This document shows, piece after piece, positions 1 through 11,344 of a stretch of DNA of 60,357 nucleotides. The notes under the pieces are model-generated. The model was given only the letters and a program-made list of their open reading frames with translations, was not told where the DNA came from and did no database searches. Made by a program: the position numbers and the translations under genes. Position 1 is the first letter of the stretch, and each line of letters opens with the position of its first letter. The stretch comes from Stramenopiles sp. TOSAG23-2 (taxonomy: Eukaryota): positions 1 through 60,357 of the forward strand of contig LT649251.1 of the NCBI GenBank assembly GCA_900128395.1. The letters run 5' to 3'.

Positions 1-424
1 ATAATTTAATGATTTCTATGAATTTTATAGTTTATTTTAGTCATTTCGGTAAATTAATAATTTATTTAAGTATAAATTTTAATGTATAAATTTGATGCCA
101 GAAATTCTGCTATCCCTAATTTCTGAAAACAAGAAATGTCAAAATTATTTTGCCAATTGATAGGAAAAATGGTATACTAGTGGAGCCTAAGTTTAAAAAG
201 GTATTTTCAATGTTTTTCCTTTGTTTTCATGTAATGAAATGAAAAATCCATCATCATAACAATGAATTGCTAAAATTTAGGTTGAAAATGTTGAAAATGA
301 TGAAATTTGATGAAAAATATGCGAAGATCAATGGTATTGTATTGTATTAATAATATAAATACATAATAGCACAATACAGGAGTATAATGATCAGTATATA
401 TATTTATTTTTTAATTAATATTTT

Positions 425-2935
425 TTACATTTTTTGTTTTTTGTTACCATGTTTCCCTTCTTCCTCAACAGTATTATGTCCCAAACGTCGTTTATTGTTA
501 TTAGTAGTAACGGGCATATCAACATCTTGATTAACTACCAGTGAATGTTCGATGCCATCTAAAAATTCTTTCCAATCTTTATATTCAGGTTCACATGCCA
601 TTATCATGTCGTTCTTCATATATTCACGAAGACATACAGTAGCATAACTTGAACTATTCAATTCAAATTCGAGCTTCAATGTATCGTTATCCACAATATT
701 GCATTTAAAATTCCTTGGTCTTGTTAAAAACGATCGATATGCACCTTTCAATCTATACTCTCCTTGACGAAATGCATTATCCCAACTCAAGTCAAATGAC
801 AATAATAGATCTGTGACTAATTTACTATATACGTCGTTTTCACGAATGTAACGTTCCGTCAATCTCCCTGGTAATGGTATAACAATATCATATATTGTAT
901 ACGTCATATTCTCAATAATAGTGTCATAATTATCTTTCGTGATTTCAATATACTTCTTCTCACGAGGATTTGATTCACGATTGTAATTTTTTAATAAATC
1001 ACCAATCATCAAGAAACGTTTCTTCATGCATGTTCTATCTCGACAACATGTTTGATAAACTTCCCAACGTTTAGATGCCATATGATTCCACAAGAACGAT
1101 TGAAAAGCATGTGCATACATTAATTGGTTATTATAAGGAATCTCTTTGAAGGATTGCAAATATGCTGCTTTCCCATATCGATTCAAGCCTTTTAGTACAT
1201 ATCGTTCATGATGCAAATGGCGCGGCATTTTATTCAATGCTTCTTTTGCATTCATAGTTTTTTTAAAATAAATTTTTGCTGCTGTTGCAGGATAATTTTC
1301 TCCAATACGAGGTTTTAACAAAAGCTCAATAGCTTTTTCCCAATTTCCTTGAAGTATGGCTGCTCCAATAATATATGAACGTGGTGAATCAACATGATAA
1401 AATTTACCTAATCGTTGCAATCCAAAGTAATTTATAAAGCCATTATTACAAATACATTTGTTCATCTCATTTAATAAATTAAAATCGATCTGTTGATGTA
1501 TACCATTATCGCCGGTAATCGTTCCATTTGCATCATTCATGCAATCAACGCCGCCACTGCCGCTATTATTAACGCTACTACTATCTGGACGAATACGCTT
1601 ATGTACTTGTCGCAAAATGATTTCAAATTTATTACCATATAAATCACCTAAATTTAATGCTTTTAAACTATTTACTTTAAAATAGTTGCCAATTGCTATG
1701 CTGCCAACTTTTAAACCGACGCATATTCCATTATGTTGGTATCGACTATTGTTACTAACGCTACTATTCTTATACTGATGCTGCCTAAATTTTTTTATTA
1801 TATTCTCTTTTGATGAATTTTGTACCGTAATAAACTGATATGATATGGAATATTTATCTTTCGTACCAGCTACCGATATACTATTTCGCGGTATGCCAAG
1901 TAATCTTGAAACTTGTCGAAGAGCATCACCTTGATCAATGCCATTTTTCCTCAAAACAATGCGTGTATAAGTCGCTTTCTTTTTTTTACCACCATTATTA
2001 CTATTATTATTTCGACGAAATGATACTATAATTTCATTATTTTTTGTAGTAGATGTGCGACACCATTTACATTTAAGATTCAATAAATTATGTACTTTTC
2101 TTCTATCACTTTTCTCTTTGATTTCTTCAAAAATAACATGTTTATCTGGTTGAAATGGTCCTTTCACATAATATGCTTCTAATTTAAATATATTATTCAT
2201 ACTTAAACAATCTTTAAATGTATCAAAAAAACGTTTTCTCTCGTGTACTATAAGTTGCGATACTTTCTTCTTCCCTATTGATGTTGTTTGTTCAATAATG
2301 TTTGTCTCAAGAAATGGATATTTAAATGTTACACTTTGATGAATTAAACGTTTATTTTCCCTATCAGAAAATTCACATGATGGTATATCAAATATTAATG
2401 AATTGCTATATACATTATTATTATTATTATTATTATTATCGTCATTCTTGTATTTAATGTTTCTATTTTTTAAAATAGTAGCAGCAAATTGATCTACTTC
2501 ATCTGTATTTTTTTTCCCACCAAGGATTTTATCATATCTACCAGTGTTATTTACAATTTCCATACTTTGTTGATATTTTTCAAATGGTGTTGTTGATTTA
2601 CTATTATTTACATCTTGTTTTTTTTCCAGTTTCTTTTTCAATAATTTTTCATGTATATTGTTATCTTTTCCATCGTCTTCTGATTCATATTCTATTTTTA
2701 AATCAGCAATTTTGCCATCTTTATCAATCTCGCTTACAATAAAATCCGATGTCTGTGATTTTAGTGTACCATGAAAAACTTCTCCGATAGTTATAGATGG
2801 CCGCTCTCTATTATTTACAAATTGTGTCATGCCAACCGAGGTACAAGCTATATGTTGGATTGGTTGTTTATAATTATTATTTTTTTCATGTACATTTTTG
2901 TTTATTATGTTTGTATTGGTATTTAGCGATGACAT
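425..2935 (-). CDS. PUS7: TruD-family pseudouridine synthase (PUS7/PUS7L-like)
   Basis: 836 aa ORF with DFIVSEI, catalytic AGTKDK, LGDLYGNKFEIILR, GFINYFGLQRLG and C-terminal LEFELNSSSYATVCLRE motifs typical of eukaryotic TruD/PUS7. Confidence 0.92.
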   Translation of the reverse strand: MSSLNTNTNIINKNVHEKNNNYKQPIQHIACTSVGMTQFVNNRERPSITIGEVFHGTLKSQTSDFIVSEIDKDGKIADLKIEYESEDDGKDNNIHEKLLKKKLEKKQDVNNSKSTTPFEKYQQSMEIVNNTGRYDKILGGKKNTDEVDQFAATILKNRNIKYKNDDNNNNNNNNVYSNSLIFDIPSCEFSDRENKRLIHQSVTFKYPFLETNIIEQTTSIGKKKVSQLIVHERKRFFDTFKDCLSMNNIFKLEAYYVKGPFQPDKHVIFEEIKEKSDRRKVHNLLNLKCKWCRTSTTKNNEIIVSFRRNNNSNNGGKKKKATYTRIVLRKNGIDQGDALRQVSRLLGIPRNSISVAGTKDKYSISYQFITVQNSSKENIIKKFRQHQYKNSSVSNNSRYQHNGICVGLKVGSIAIGNYFKVNSLKALNLGDLYGNKFEIILRQVHKRIRPDSSSVNNSGSGGVDCMNDANGTITGDNGIHQQIDFNLLNEMNKCICNNGFINYFGLQRLGKFYHVDSPRSYIIGAAILQGNWEKAIELLLKPRIGENYPATAAKIYFKKTMNAKEALNKMPRHLHHERYVLKGLNRYGKAAYLQSFKEIPYNNQLMYAHAFQSFLWNHMASKRWEVYQTCCRDRTCMKKRFLMIGDLLKNYNRESNPREKKYIEITKDNYDTIIENMTYTIYDIVIPLPGRLTERYIRENDVYSKLVTDLLLSFDLSWDNAFRQGEYRLKGAYRSFLTRPRNFKCNIVDNDTLKLEFELNSSSYATVCLREYMKNDMIMACEPEYKDWKEFLDGIEHSLVVNQDVDMPVTTNNNKRRLGHNTVEEEGKHGNKKQKM

Positions 2936-3656
2936 TTCTTTCTTTCTTTTTTGCGTATATAATATGTTGTGTAATCAAATGTCTAATACAATGTTATTAT
3001 TGTACATTGAACGATATGTAAGTCTTCACATAGTGCATATGTACGCAATTGTAGAAATATACTCTATCTACTACCACCGGTGGTATATCATATTCATTAT
3101 TCGTCTAATATATACAGTAAGTAAAAGGTTATATTGTCGTCTAGTAATGTGGTGGTGGTTTTTTGCAGCAATCATCTTCTCTCTTCCAAAAAGACAATTG
3201 CACAATTTAAATTGCCAGATTGCACAATTGCTTGCTTGGTGGCCGATAGTTTGAATAATTTAAAGAATTTATTAAAATTTTAAGGTATTCCCTCACGGTG
3301 GCGTGGGAAACGATCGTTATTTTTTATACGTCAGACTTGTACTACATTTTATAGATTTGATGATTGAATTTTAGAATTAGTACTATAATACCATTACATC
3401 CTTCATCACATCTCTTGTGTTGTTTTCTTTCTTCTTATTAGACTTATAGATGACAACAATTTAAAAAAAAAATATACTTATACGTGATAACAATTGTTAT
3501 ATTACCTGGATTACAAACATGTCAAACATTTTCAATTGTTTTTACTCCATGTTCTGTAACAAAGAATTTTAAAAATTAACGTGTAACACATTATATACAT
3601 AATTATTTACATCTACACACACACAAACACACACACATATATATACAAATTGTAAA

Positions 3657-4736
3657 ATGAATACGTTTGATGAAGTAACTTCCAATATGGAAACGGTATT
3701 GAAAAAACGTCCAGCAAATGATACAACAACAGGGACGAATATGTCGAATACTAACATGGATGAAAATACAAATGGTGACAACTTTGAAGGGGAGAAAATG
3801 GTGAGTCTGAAGCATTTAAAGAAAGCAAAAATTGATAGGCGTAGCCGTGGACGTTCTTCCAATATTCATAGTCGTAGTGGCAATAGCCCTGAAATACCAG
3901 CTGAATTTAACAAAAAGAAAATGTTAAAGAAAATATCTGCACAAGTAACACGTGTCAATTCATCCGATTCTCATGATTCTGCATTAAGCAATGTATCTGG
4001 TGGATCTGGCGCATTGAGTTCAAAATACAACAAACTTCAGAAAAAATACCAAGATTTGAAAAATCTACGGTATACAGAGCCAGAACGTATATTGAATAGC
4101 TTGAAAGAAAAATATGAACAACGTGAAAGTAACTATAAGGAAAGGATTGAAACATGGGCTGCTAGAGCATCTGAGTTAAAAAGTCGTCTTCAACAATTAG
4201 AAGGGCATGGGGAAGATTATGGTCAAACGAATAATGTAGAACAATTGAAAGTTAAAATTAAAAAATTAACTTCTAGATTATCAAAAGTTGAAAAAGAAAG
4301 AGATGATGTTTTAAATACTTTAAATGCACAAAGTCATGACTTTAACAGTAACAATAGTGATAGTAATAATAATTCAAATAGTGGTTTAGGTGGTCTATTT
4401 CGTCACATGGGCAATAACAATAACAACAATAATAGCAAAATACAAGAAGAAATGAAAAAAACTAATCGTCTATATGAGACATTGACATCTATATCAATTA
4501 TTTATCAAGAAAATAGCGATACATTTTTATGCCAAGGTGTTGATGCTAAAACGAATGATATATTGAAATTTGAATTGAGTTTTGGAATCTCAGAGGAAGA
4601 TACAAATGAAATGGTGATGTCATATTTACCAATACAAAACGTTCATAGCTTACCAGAACATTTACAAGATGAAATTGAATTCAATGTTGTACATGCACAT
4701 AATTTCTTCAATACAATATTTACACATATCAAATAA
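3657..4736 (+). CDS. Csm1/Pcs1 (monopolin)-like kinetochore protein: coiled coil plus C-terminal RWD-like domain
   Basis: Coiled coil KYQDLKNLRYTEPERIL followed by LYETLTSISI...FLCQ...LKFELSF...MSYLP...LPEHLQDEIEF, which matches my recollection of the Csm1/TITAN9 C-terminal pattern. Confidence 0.6.
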   Translation: MNTFDEVTSNMETVLKKRPANDTTTGTNMSNTNMDENTNGDNFEGEKMVSLKHLKKAKIDRRSRGRSSNIHSRSGNSPEIPAEFNKKKMLKKISAQVTRVNSSDSHDSALSNVSGGSGALSSKYNKLQKKYQDLKNLRYTEPERILNSLKEKYEQRESNYKERIETWAARASELKSRLQQLEGHGEDYGQTNNVEQLKVKIKKLTSRLSKVEKERDDVLNTLNAQSHDFNSNNSDSNNNSNSGLGGLFRHMGNNNNNNNSKIQEEMKKTNRLYETLTSISIIYQENSDTFLCQGVDAKTNDILKFELSFGISEEDTNEMVMSYLPIQNVHSLPEHLQDEIEFNVVHAHNFFNTIFTHIK

Positions 4737-4747
4737 TGTATTATTAG

Positions 4748-4779
<32 letters not shown>

Positions 4780-5131
4780 AACAAACTATATATATAAGTG
4801 TATAATAAGAGAATTTTTTAAATATTTAAAGTAATATTATACCTAGACCTTTTGGATTTAGAGTGTAGAATGTACCCATTATAAATGATTTTAAATAGGA
4901 GTTATATTATATTAGGTCTATATTATTATATCTCTAAGTACAAATGAATCTTTCGGCGCCTTGAAATGAACTTATAAAAACCCAATTATTTCAGCACTAA
5001 GCAGCGCAAAATATATTCATATTACATAAAAGATAGAGAATGCCTCTCTCGTCATCTACATTCGTACATCATATTATTATTATCATTGTTACAATATTTT
5101 TACCTATTCTTGTAATTTTATAGACAGAAAG

Positions 5132-7255
5132 ATGGAATTCACAACAAAATCATTAACGGAAAAAACAAGTTTTAAAAAACAAGCAGATGCAACAATATTA
5201 TTAGAAGGCATAATTTCGAAAAAAGGACGTATATTTAAAACATGGAGAGAAAGACACTTAGTATTATATTCAAATGGTGATTTATGCTATTATACGTCTT
5301 CCAAAAAAAAAACTCGCAAAGGGTATGTACAAATTACCCCCAATGTCGATATTAAAAAAGCCAAACGAAAAGGAAAATTTTATTTTATAGTATTAGGTGA
5401 AGAAAGGAATCTATTCGTAAAAACAAGCGATAAAGATATTAGAGAAAAATGGTATGTTGCAATTAGTAATTTAATAAATAGTTTAAAAGAAAAAACTTTT
5501 TCAATATCTGGTAAATCGTTTGCTGAAAGTATCGATACGTATTATAAACCACCAGAAAAACATATGACCTGGGACGATTCAATTTTAGGTACTGGTACCT
5601 TTGGAATAGTATGGAAAGCCCGCAATCGAGAGACGAATGAAGTATATGCAATTAAAAGTATAGCAATTATGGATAGAAAACGGAATAAAAAAAAATTGAA
5701 AAAAGAAATTGATTTATTGAAAATATTTAATCATCCAAATATAGTACGATTTTACGATGTTGTCGAAACAGTACATAACTTATACATTGTACAAGAACTT
5801 TGTCTTGGTGGTGAATTATTTGATGCAATTTCAAAAAGTCATAGTGGAAAATTTAATGAAAGAGATGCAGCATCTGTTATGCGAGATGCATTATTAGCCA
5901 TTCAATATTGTCACGATCGAAATATTGTACATCGTGATTTAAAGCCTGAAAATTTTTTATTAGCAACGCCTTTGTTACCAAATCGTAATCCAGAAACTGA
6001 TAAATTTCCAACTATTAAATTAGCAGATTTTGGCCTTGGTGCTGGTATAAGTGCTACAAGAAGCTCATTTAATCAATTATCTGGTGTAGTGGGCACCATT
6101 TTTTACATTGCACCTGAAATATTTACTGGTACATATGGTTTAGAATGTGATATGTGGAGTCTTGGCGTTATCTTTCATATATTATTGAGTGGGAATTTTC
6201 CTTTTGATGGTAACAATGTTAAAGAAGTTGCACGAAAAATATGCAAGGTAAATTTAGAATTTGCATCTGACGTTTGGCCTTCGGTGTCTAATGATGCTAA
6301 AAGCTTAATATCTAATTTATTAAATAGAGATAAGGTTGAACGTTGGACAGCGCAAGAAGCGTTAGAAAGTCGTTGGATACAGATGCATACAAATTATGAT
6401 GAAGTAGCAGCCCGTCGTAATGATAAAAGTAATATTAACAACAATAACAAGAAAGTAGAGGAAGTAATAGACACATTTATTAATAAGCGAATATTAAATT
6501 TAACAAAACGTAGTAAACTTGAAAAAGAGCTTAAAAACTTTATAGCCGATTCATTGACAAGTGAATTACAAGCTAAATTATTGAAAGTTTGTTCGCATTT
6601 TGACGACAATAAGGAGAAAAGTGGTTATATAAAAGATAATGAATTTGGATTTCTTGTTCGCGATTTTTACGAAGAAAATATTGAAATAATCAATTCTGAA
6701 CAGCAATTAAATAATCAAGATAGCTTCTGCTTACGTAAAAAAAGTGAAATAGAAATTATAATGAAAAAATGGGATCGACTGTGCTGTGCCTCTGATAAAG
6801 TTTCATCTGTGTCACATCGATTTATAGCCTATGGAGAATTTATAAATGATTGCACGCAAATACGTTTATGGAATACGCAAAAACTGATAGATACAGTTGT
6901 TGAGCAAAGGGACTTCGAAACTAATAAGAACATGAAGTTATTCAATAATTATACAATTGAAGAAAATGAAGAGGGAAATGACCAACTTAAAAAAGATAAT
7001 GATCTTTCTTTAAAGGCCCAACCAACAGAGGAAGGCAAAGGAAAGGCAAGATTACAAAGACAATCATCTACACCAATTGATATTAATGTCAAAGCAATGG
7101 AAGAAGTGCTTACAAATATGGATGGTCCCAAAGATTCATATATTCGTCGAACATTGCTGAATAGAATTTCACAAAATGCAAAGAAAAAAGATGGAGCAGT
7201 TGTTGATGTCGAAGAATTGATAAATGGTGAAATTTATTGCCAAGACGAATATTGA
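5132..7255 (+). CDS. PH-domain CDPK-related Ser/Thr kinase with degenerate EF-hand region
   Basis: N-terminal PH domain (EGIISKKGRIFKTWRERHLVL...EKWYVAI), kinase motifs GTGTFG, HRDLKPEN, DFG, APE; CDPK-like junction followed by poorly conserved EF-hand remnants. Confidence 0.85.
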   Translation: MEFTTKSLTEKTSFKKQADATILLEGIISKKGRIFKTWRERHLVLYSNGDLCYYTSSKKKTRKGYVQITPNVDIKKAKRKGKFYFIVLGEERNLFVKTSDKDIREKWYVAISNLINSLKEKTFSISGKSFAESIDTYYKPPEKHMTWDDSILGTGTFGIVWKARNRETNEVYAIKSIAIMDRKRNKKKLKKEIDLLKIFNHPNIVRFYDVVETVHNLYIVQELCLGGELFDAISKSHSGKFNERDAASVMRDALLAIQYCHDRNIVHRDLKPENFLLATPLLPNRNPETDKFPTIKLADFGLGAGISATRSSFNQLSGVVGTIFYIAPEIFTGTYGLECDMWSLGVIFHILLSGNFPFDGNNVKEVARKICKVNLEFASDVWPSVSNDAKSLISNLLNRDKVERWTAQEALESRWIQMHTNYDEVAARRNDKSNINNNNKKVEEVIDTFINKRILNLTKRSKLEKELKNFIADSLTSELQAKLLKVCSHFDDNKEKSGYIKDNEFGFLVRDFYEENIEIINSEQQLNNQDSFCLRKKSEIEIIMKKWDRLCCASDKVSSVSHRFIAYGEFINDCTQIRLWNTQKLIDTVVEQRDFETNKNMKLFNNYTIEENEEGNDQLKKDNDLSLKAQPTEEGKGKARLQRQSSTPIDINVKAMEEVLTNMDGPKDSYIRRTLLNRISQNAKKKDGAVVDVEELINGEIYCQDEY

Positions 7256-7577
7256 CACACACGCGGTGTTAGCAAAAATGGCGTGGTGCGTGTGTACGAA
7301 GATATAAAGAGTACCCCGAACAATGTTATACTCGTACTTCGTATACGTATATATATATATGTATTTCTTGTTTCGAATATTCGTAAAAATTTTTGTCCTT
7401 CTGTATTTTTTTATTTTTTTTGTGTAATATTTTTTTATATTTTTTTTTATTTTTATTTTTTTATGTACCTATAGCTATGCATATATGATATTTTTCATAT
7501 GATATATGTGTACATGCATAATTTCTCTCTCACGGCACCGCCACGCTGGTAATATTTAAAAAACATTTTAAATTTTC

Positions 7578-9356
7578 TCAACCTGTTAAAGTTTTAGTAA
7601 ATTTCTTGTTCAGGTATTTGCGAGAATTGGCTTCATTTTCTAACATCATTGCTTTAAATTCTTCCATATCGATCTTTCCATCATTATTCTTATCAAATCG
7701 TTCTAATATATCTTGTGATGTTGCATCATCGATTCCACCTAATGCCACTTTAATTTCAGCTAATTCTAAAGCTTCACTATGATCTCTATCCAATTTATGG
7801 AAGGCTTGCTCCATTCGTTCAGCAGTTGCCCAATGTTTTATTTCCATTGTACCAGCTATAAATTCTGAATATCCAATTTCACCATCACCATCAATATCTA
7901 ACGTATTAATTAAAGTTGCAAAATCTTCATCAAGTTCCTCTGCACTTTTATTATTTGATTTTGTAATGTGTGAATGAAGGACAACTTTCAATTCATCAGC
8001 TGTTAAAACACCATTACCATCTGTATCAGCTGCTTTAAATGCGTCTAATAAGGCATTAATATCTTTATCTGGCAGTGATTCAGCAATCATACGCTTCGCA
8101 ATACGTTTAAATTTGTCATGTCCAGTAAATTTACGTAAGCGCTCGAACAATGCGCGATTTAATGGCTCCGGTTTAGGTGGACCAACGCTAACGATCCATG
8201 GATGCTTCAATGCTTCTTTAGCTGAAAGCCGTTGTTTAGGATCTAATACTAAAAATTGACGTATCATATTAATTGCACCAGAAGAAATTTGACTCCACTC
8301 GTCTCGGGGGAAGAATTCTTCATACTCAGTCCACTTTCCCCCTGTGCCAGGCGTTGATCTTGATGCAGCATTTTTCGTTGAAGAGCTTGCTAACCATTGT
8401 TCAATTTCACTGTCAAATTTTTTTGGTAAACCTTTTGTAATTCTTTCATAAATTTCTCCATCATCATCACCATAAAATGGTGGATAACCGCACAATAAGA
8501 TGTACATTATAACCCCCATACTCCAACAATCACACTCTAAGTCGTAATTTTTCGCTAAAACTTCTGGTGCCATGTAATACGGCGTCCCTGCTCGCAATTG
8601 AAAATGTTCCCCAAATTTGTGATGATCTGCCAAACCAAAATCAATCATTTTGATTTGTGGAAAGACATCCCCTGCTTTACGATTTTTTGACAAAGGACGT
8701 GATAATAGAAAATTTTCAGGCTTTAAATCACGGTGTACAACATCATGTTCATGACAATGGCCCAGTGCTTCTAACGCCATCCTCATAATAGCTGCTGCAT
8801 CTTTTTCGCTAAATGCACCTTCTCCAGCTCCAATAACGGCATCGAACAATTCACCACCAGTACACATTTCTTGTGATATGTATAAATGTGTGTTTGTTTC
8901 CATAATTTCATAAATACGTATAATACCTGGATGGTGCATTTCCTTTAATATATTGACTTCTTTTCTTAAAGAATCCATTGAATTTGAACTATGATTTGAT
9001 GAACATAAAATTTTCTTCAAGGCACATATGTAATCTTTTTGTATATTTCGCGCTTTGTAAACCGTACCAAAGTTACCCGTGCCAAGTTCAGAACCTTTCC
9101 CAAACTTGTCGATTTTAGTCTCTGAAGTTTTTTGAAGTGGTTCGTAATATTCTTCAATAGATTTAATGGTCCATCCAGTTAAGCTGGTTCTACGTGTACT
9201 TTTTCTTGCTGTAGCGGCATTTAAAGTCGATTGCGCGGACCTTTGCGAAACATATTGGCGTTTCTTACCTGATGACGAATTTTGTCTTGAGCCTGGTCCA
9301 ACTGGATTCCCCGTTGGTATTTGCTCCTGTGGATCAGATGATTGTGCACATCCCAT
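7578..9356 (-). CDS. CDPK: Calcium-dependent protein kinase
   Basis: MGCAQSS acylation motif, complete kinase domain, junction, four EF hands (DTDGNGVLTADE, DIDGDGEIGYSE, DRDHSEALELAE, DKNNDGKIDMEE). Confidence 0.95.
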   Translation of the reverse strand: MGCAQSSDPQEQIPTGNPVGPGSRQNSSSGKKRQYVSQRSAQSTLNAATARKSTRRTSLTGWTIKSIEEYYEPLQKTSETKIDKFGKGSELGTGNFGTVYKARNIQKDYICALKKILCSSNHSSNSMDSLRKEVNILKEMHHPGIIRIYEIMETNTHLYISQEMCTGGELFDAVIGAGEGAFSEKDAAAIMRMALEALGHCHEHDVVHRDLKPENFLLSRPLSKNRKAGDVFPQIKMIDFGLADHHKFGEHFQLRAGTPYYMAPEVLAKNYDLECDCWSMGVIMYILLCGYPPFYGDDDGEIYERITKGLPKKFDSEIEQWLASSSTKNAASRSTPGTGGKWTEYEEFFPRDEWSQISSGAINMIRQFLVLDPKQRLSAKEALKHPWIVSVGPPKPEPLNRALFERLRKFTGHDKFKRIAKRMIAESLPDKDINALLDAFKAADTDGNGVLTADELKVVLHSHITKSNNKSAEELDEDFATLINTLDIDGDGEIGYSEFIAGTMEIKHWATAERMEQAFHKLDRDHSEALELAEIKVALGGIDDATSQDILERFDKNNDGKIDMEEFKAMMLENEANSRKYLNKKFTKTLTG

Positions 9357-9857
9357 TTTATTTTCCCTTTTCTATATTTGTTACTATACTTTAAAAAACA
9401 ACTTAATATAGAATATACTATATTCCGACAAATGTTATATCTATAAACTATTGATATGTATTGATACACAACAACCTCTTCTATATATATATATATTTGC
9501 AACTATCTTTCTTTCCCACACAAGAAATAATTATATATTTATTGTTTACAAATATGGATTAGAAATAGTATAATTATATGTATGTATTGAATAATTGTTT
9601 CTCTATCTTTTTATCTATTCTTAATACAAATCCTCCAACAATTATTGTAAATATATATATTTGATGATGTATCCTGGTATCGCACCTATCCCCACATTAG
9701 GCAAAAAGGAGGAAAAAATCTTCTTACACAGGAAAAATACTGAGTCATACTTTTTTAAAAATATATATTGAGTATATATATTTGTATACTAAGATTTCTA
9801 TCAAATCACATTTATTTACAGCAATCATCATACAATATCTGCTAGATCTATTAGATC

Positions 9858-10612
9858 CTCTCGAAACATCTCGGACTGTTCCCACTTTCTTATACTTGTT
9901 AGTATAAGAACAGCACTACTAACAAATATAAAATTTGGTGAAGGCTGGTCACAGCCCTCGAATGAAACTCAGAATTTGGTTGACAGGTCCTGGAGGCCAA
10001 AAAATATCATACAATACTATTACCATGCTATTTGAAAATGGTACATCTACACATACATTTGTATAAAAAATGTATTTGAACAATATTTATATCAATACAA
10101 CGAATCAAATATCATATTTACATACATGCAAACATCCTTGAATCATTATTTTGTTTTAATTTATATACATATTTATTAAACATGACTCGCTTTGACAATC
10201 AAATTAGCAACTAAATAGCACTATGATATTAGGATCAGAATAGCATCATATATCACGTATATTGCGTATGCTACTTTTAGCTTTACAAAGAAGGTGCTAT
10301 ATACAATTCAAACATTAAAACATTCTAAAACATATTGATAGGTGTGTAAATATGATATTTGATTCGTTGTATTGATATAAATATTGTTCAAATACATTTT
10401 TTATACAAATGTATGTGTAGATGTACCATTTTCAAATAGCATGGTAATAGTATTGTATGATATTTTTTGGCCTCCTGGACCTGTCAACCAAATTCTGAGT
10501 TTCATTCGAGGGCCTTCGGCTGTCTTTTCTTTGCTATGTCTATAGTAAAGATAAGACTACAGAAAGTTAGACTTAACTTTCATAGGCGAAATGGCCCGAG
10601 ATGTTTCGAGAG
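9858..10612. mobile_element. Nested inverted-repeat (MITE/foldback-like) element
   Basis: Inner near-perfect inverted repeats of about 170 bp (9954-10122 vs 10345-10513) and an outer perfect 17 bp pair CTCTCGAAACATCTCGG 9858-9874 / CCGAGATGTTTCGAGAG 10596-10612; no ORF. Confidence 0.75.
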
Positions 10613-10628
10613 ATATTAACGTACACAG

Positions 10629-10750
10629 TAGGATCAATGAGATTTCCATAAATATACGATAGACATAGCATTACCATCTTAATATATGCACACAGCATTA
10701 TCAAATATACGATAGACATAGCATTGTCATCTTAATACAGGCACACAGCA
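10629..10750. repeat. Two units of the minisatellite also found at 17.0-17.3 kb
   Basis: AGGATCAATGAGATTTCC-AAATATACGATAGACATAGCATT...CATCTTAATACAGGCACACAGCA units. Confidence 0.9.
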
Positions 10751-11344
10751 GTTTATAGGCTGTGACTGATTATTTTAGCATGGATTCTCAATCGCGTGCT
10801 ATGTTCATGACCAATGGTACGTATCTGCTAATTTATGATTGATATTTCGACACTTAAAATTATTTTTGATAGGTTTCTTCGTAACTTGCCTTAAATCTAT
10901 TAAAAGCAGGCTAAAAATCTAAAAATCTTCAGGTAATCTAAATCCTAAATCTAACATTGTAAATTGATATACAGTAATATCTATATATACATTATGAAAA
11001 TATCGTACTATTGATTCCAGATAATTTTACAAGGGCATATAGCAAAGCGAAAAAATGAGGTGTCGAAACAACAACAAAAGAGGGGGAAAATAAAAGGCTG
11101 GTGCCCAAATTGAGTTTGGGATTTGGGAAATTGGAAACATATAATAATATATGTAGATAGTAGATAGTCTGCTATTTAATATATGATATTGACACATAAA
11201 CCACTATTGTTCAATACCTCATTCACGTACATCGCATCTTACTGTTTGTATTGTATCGCGATTCGCTTATTGACATATAATACCACTCTTATTCGAAGTA
11301 TTGCACACTTTCAGCCATAGTAACAAGAACCAAGATATAGATCA

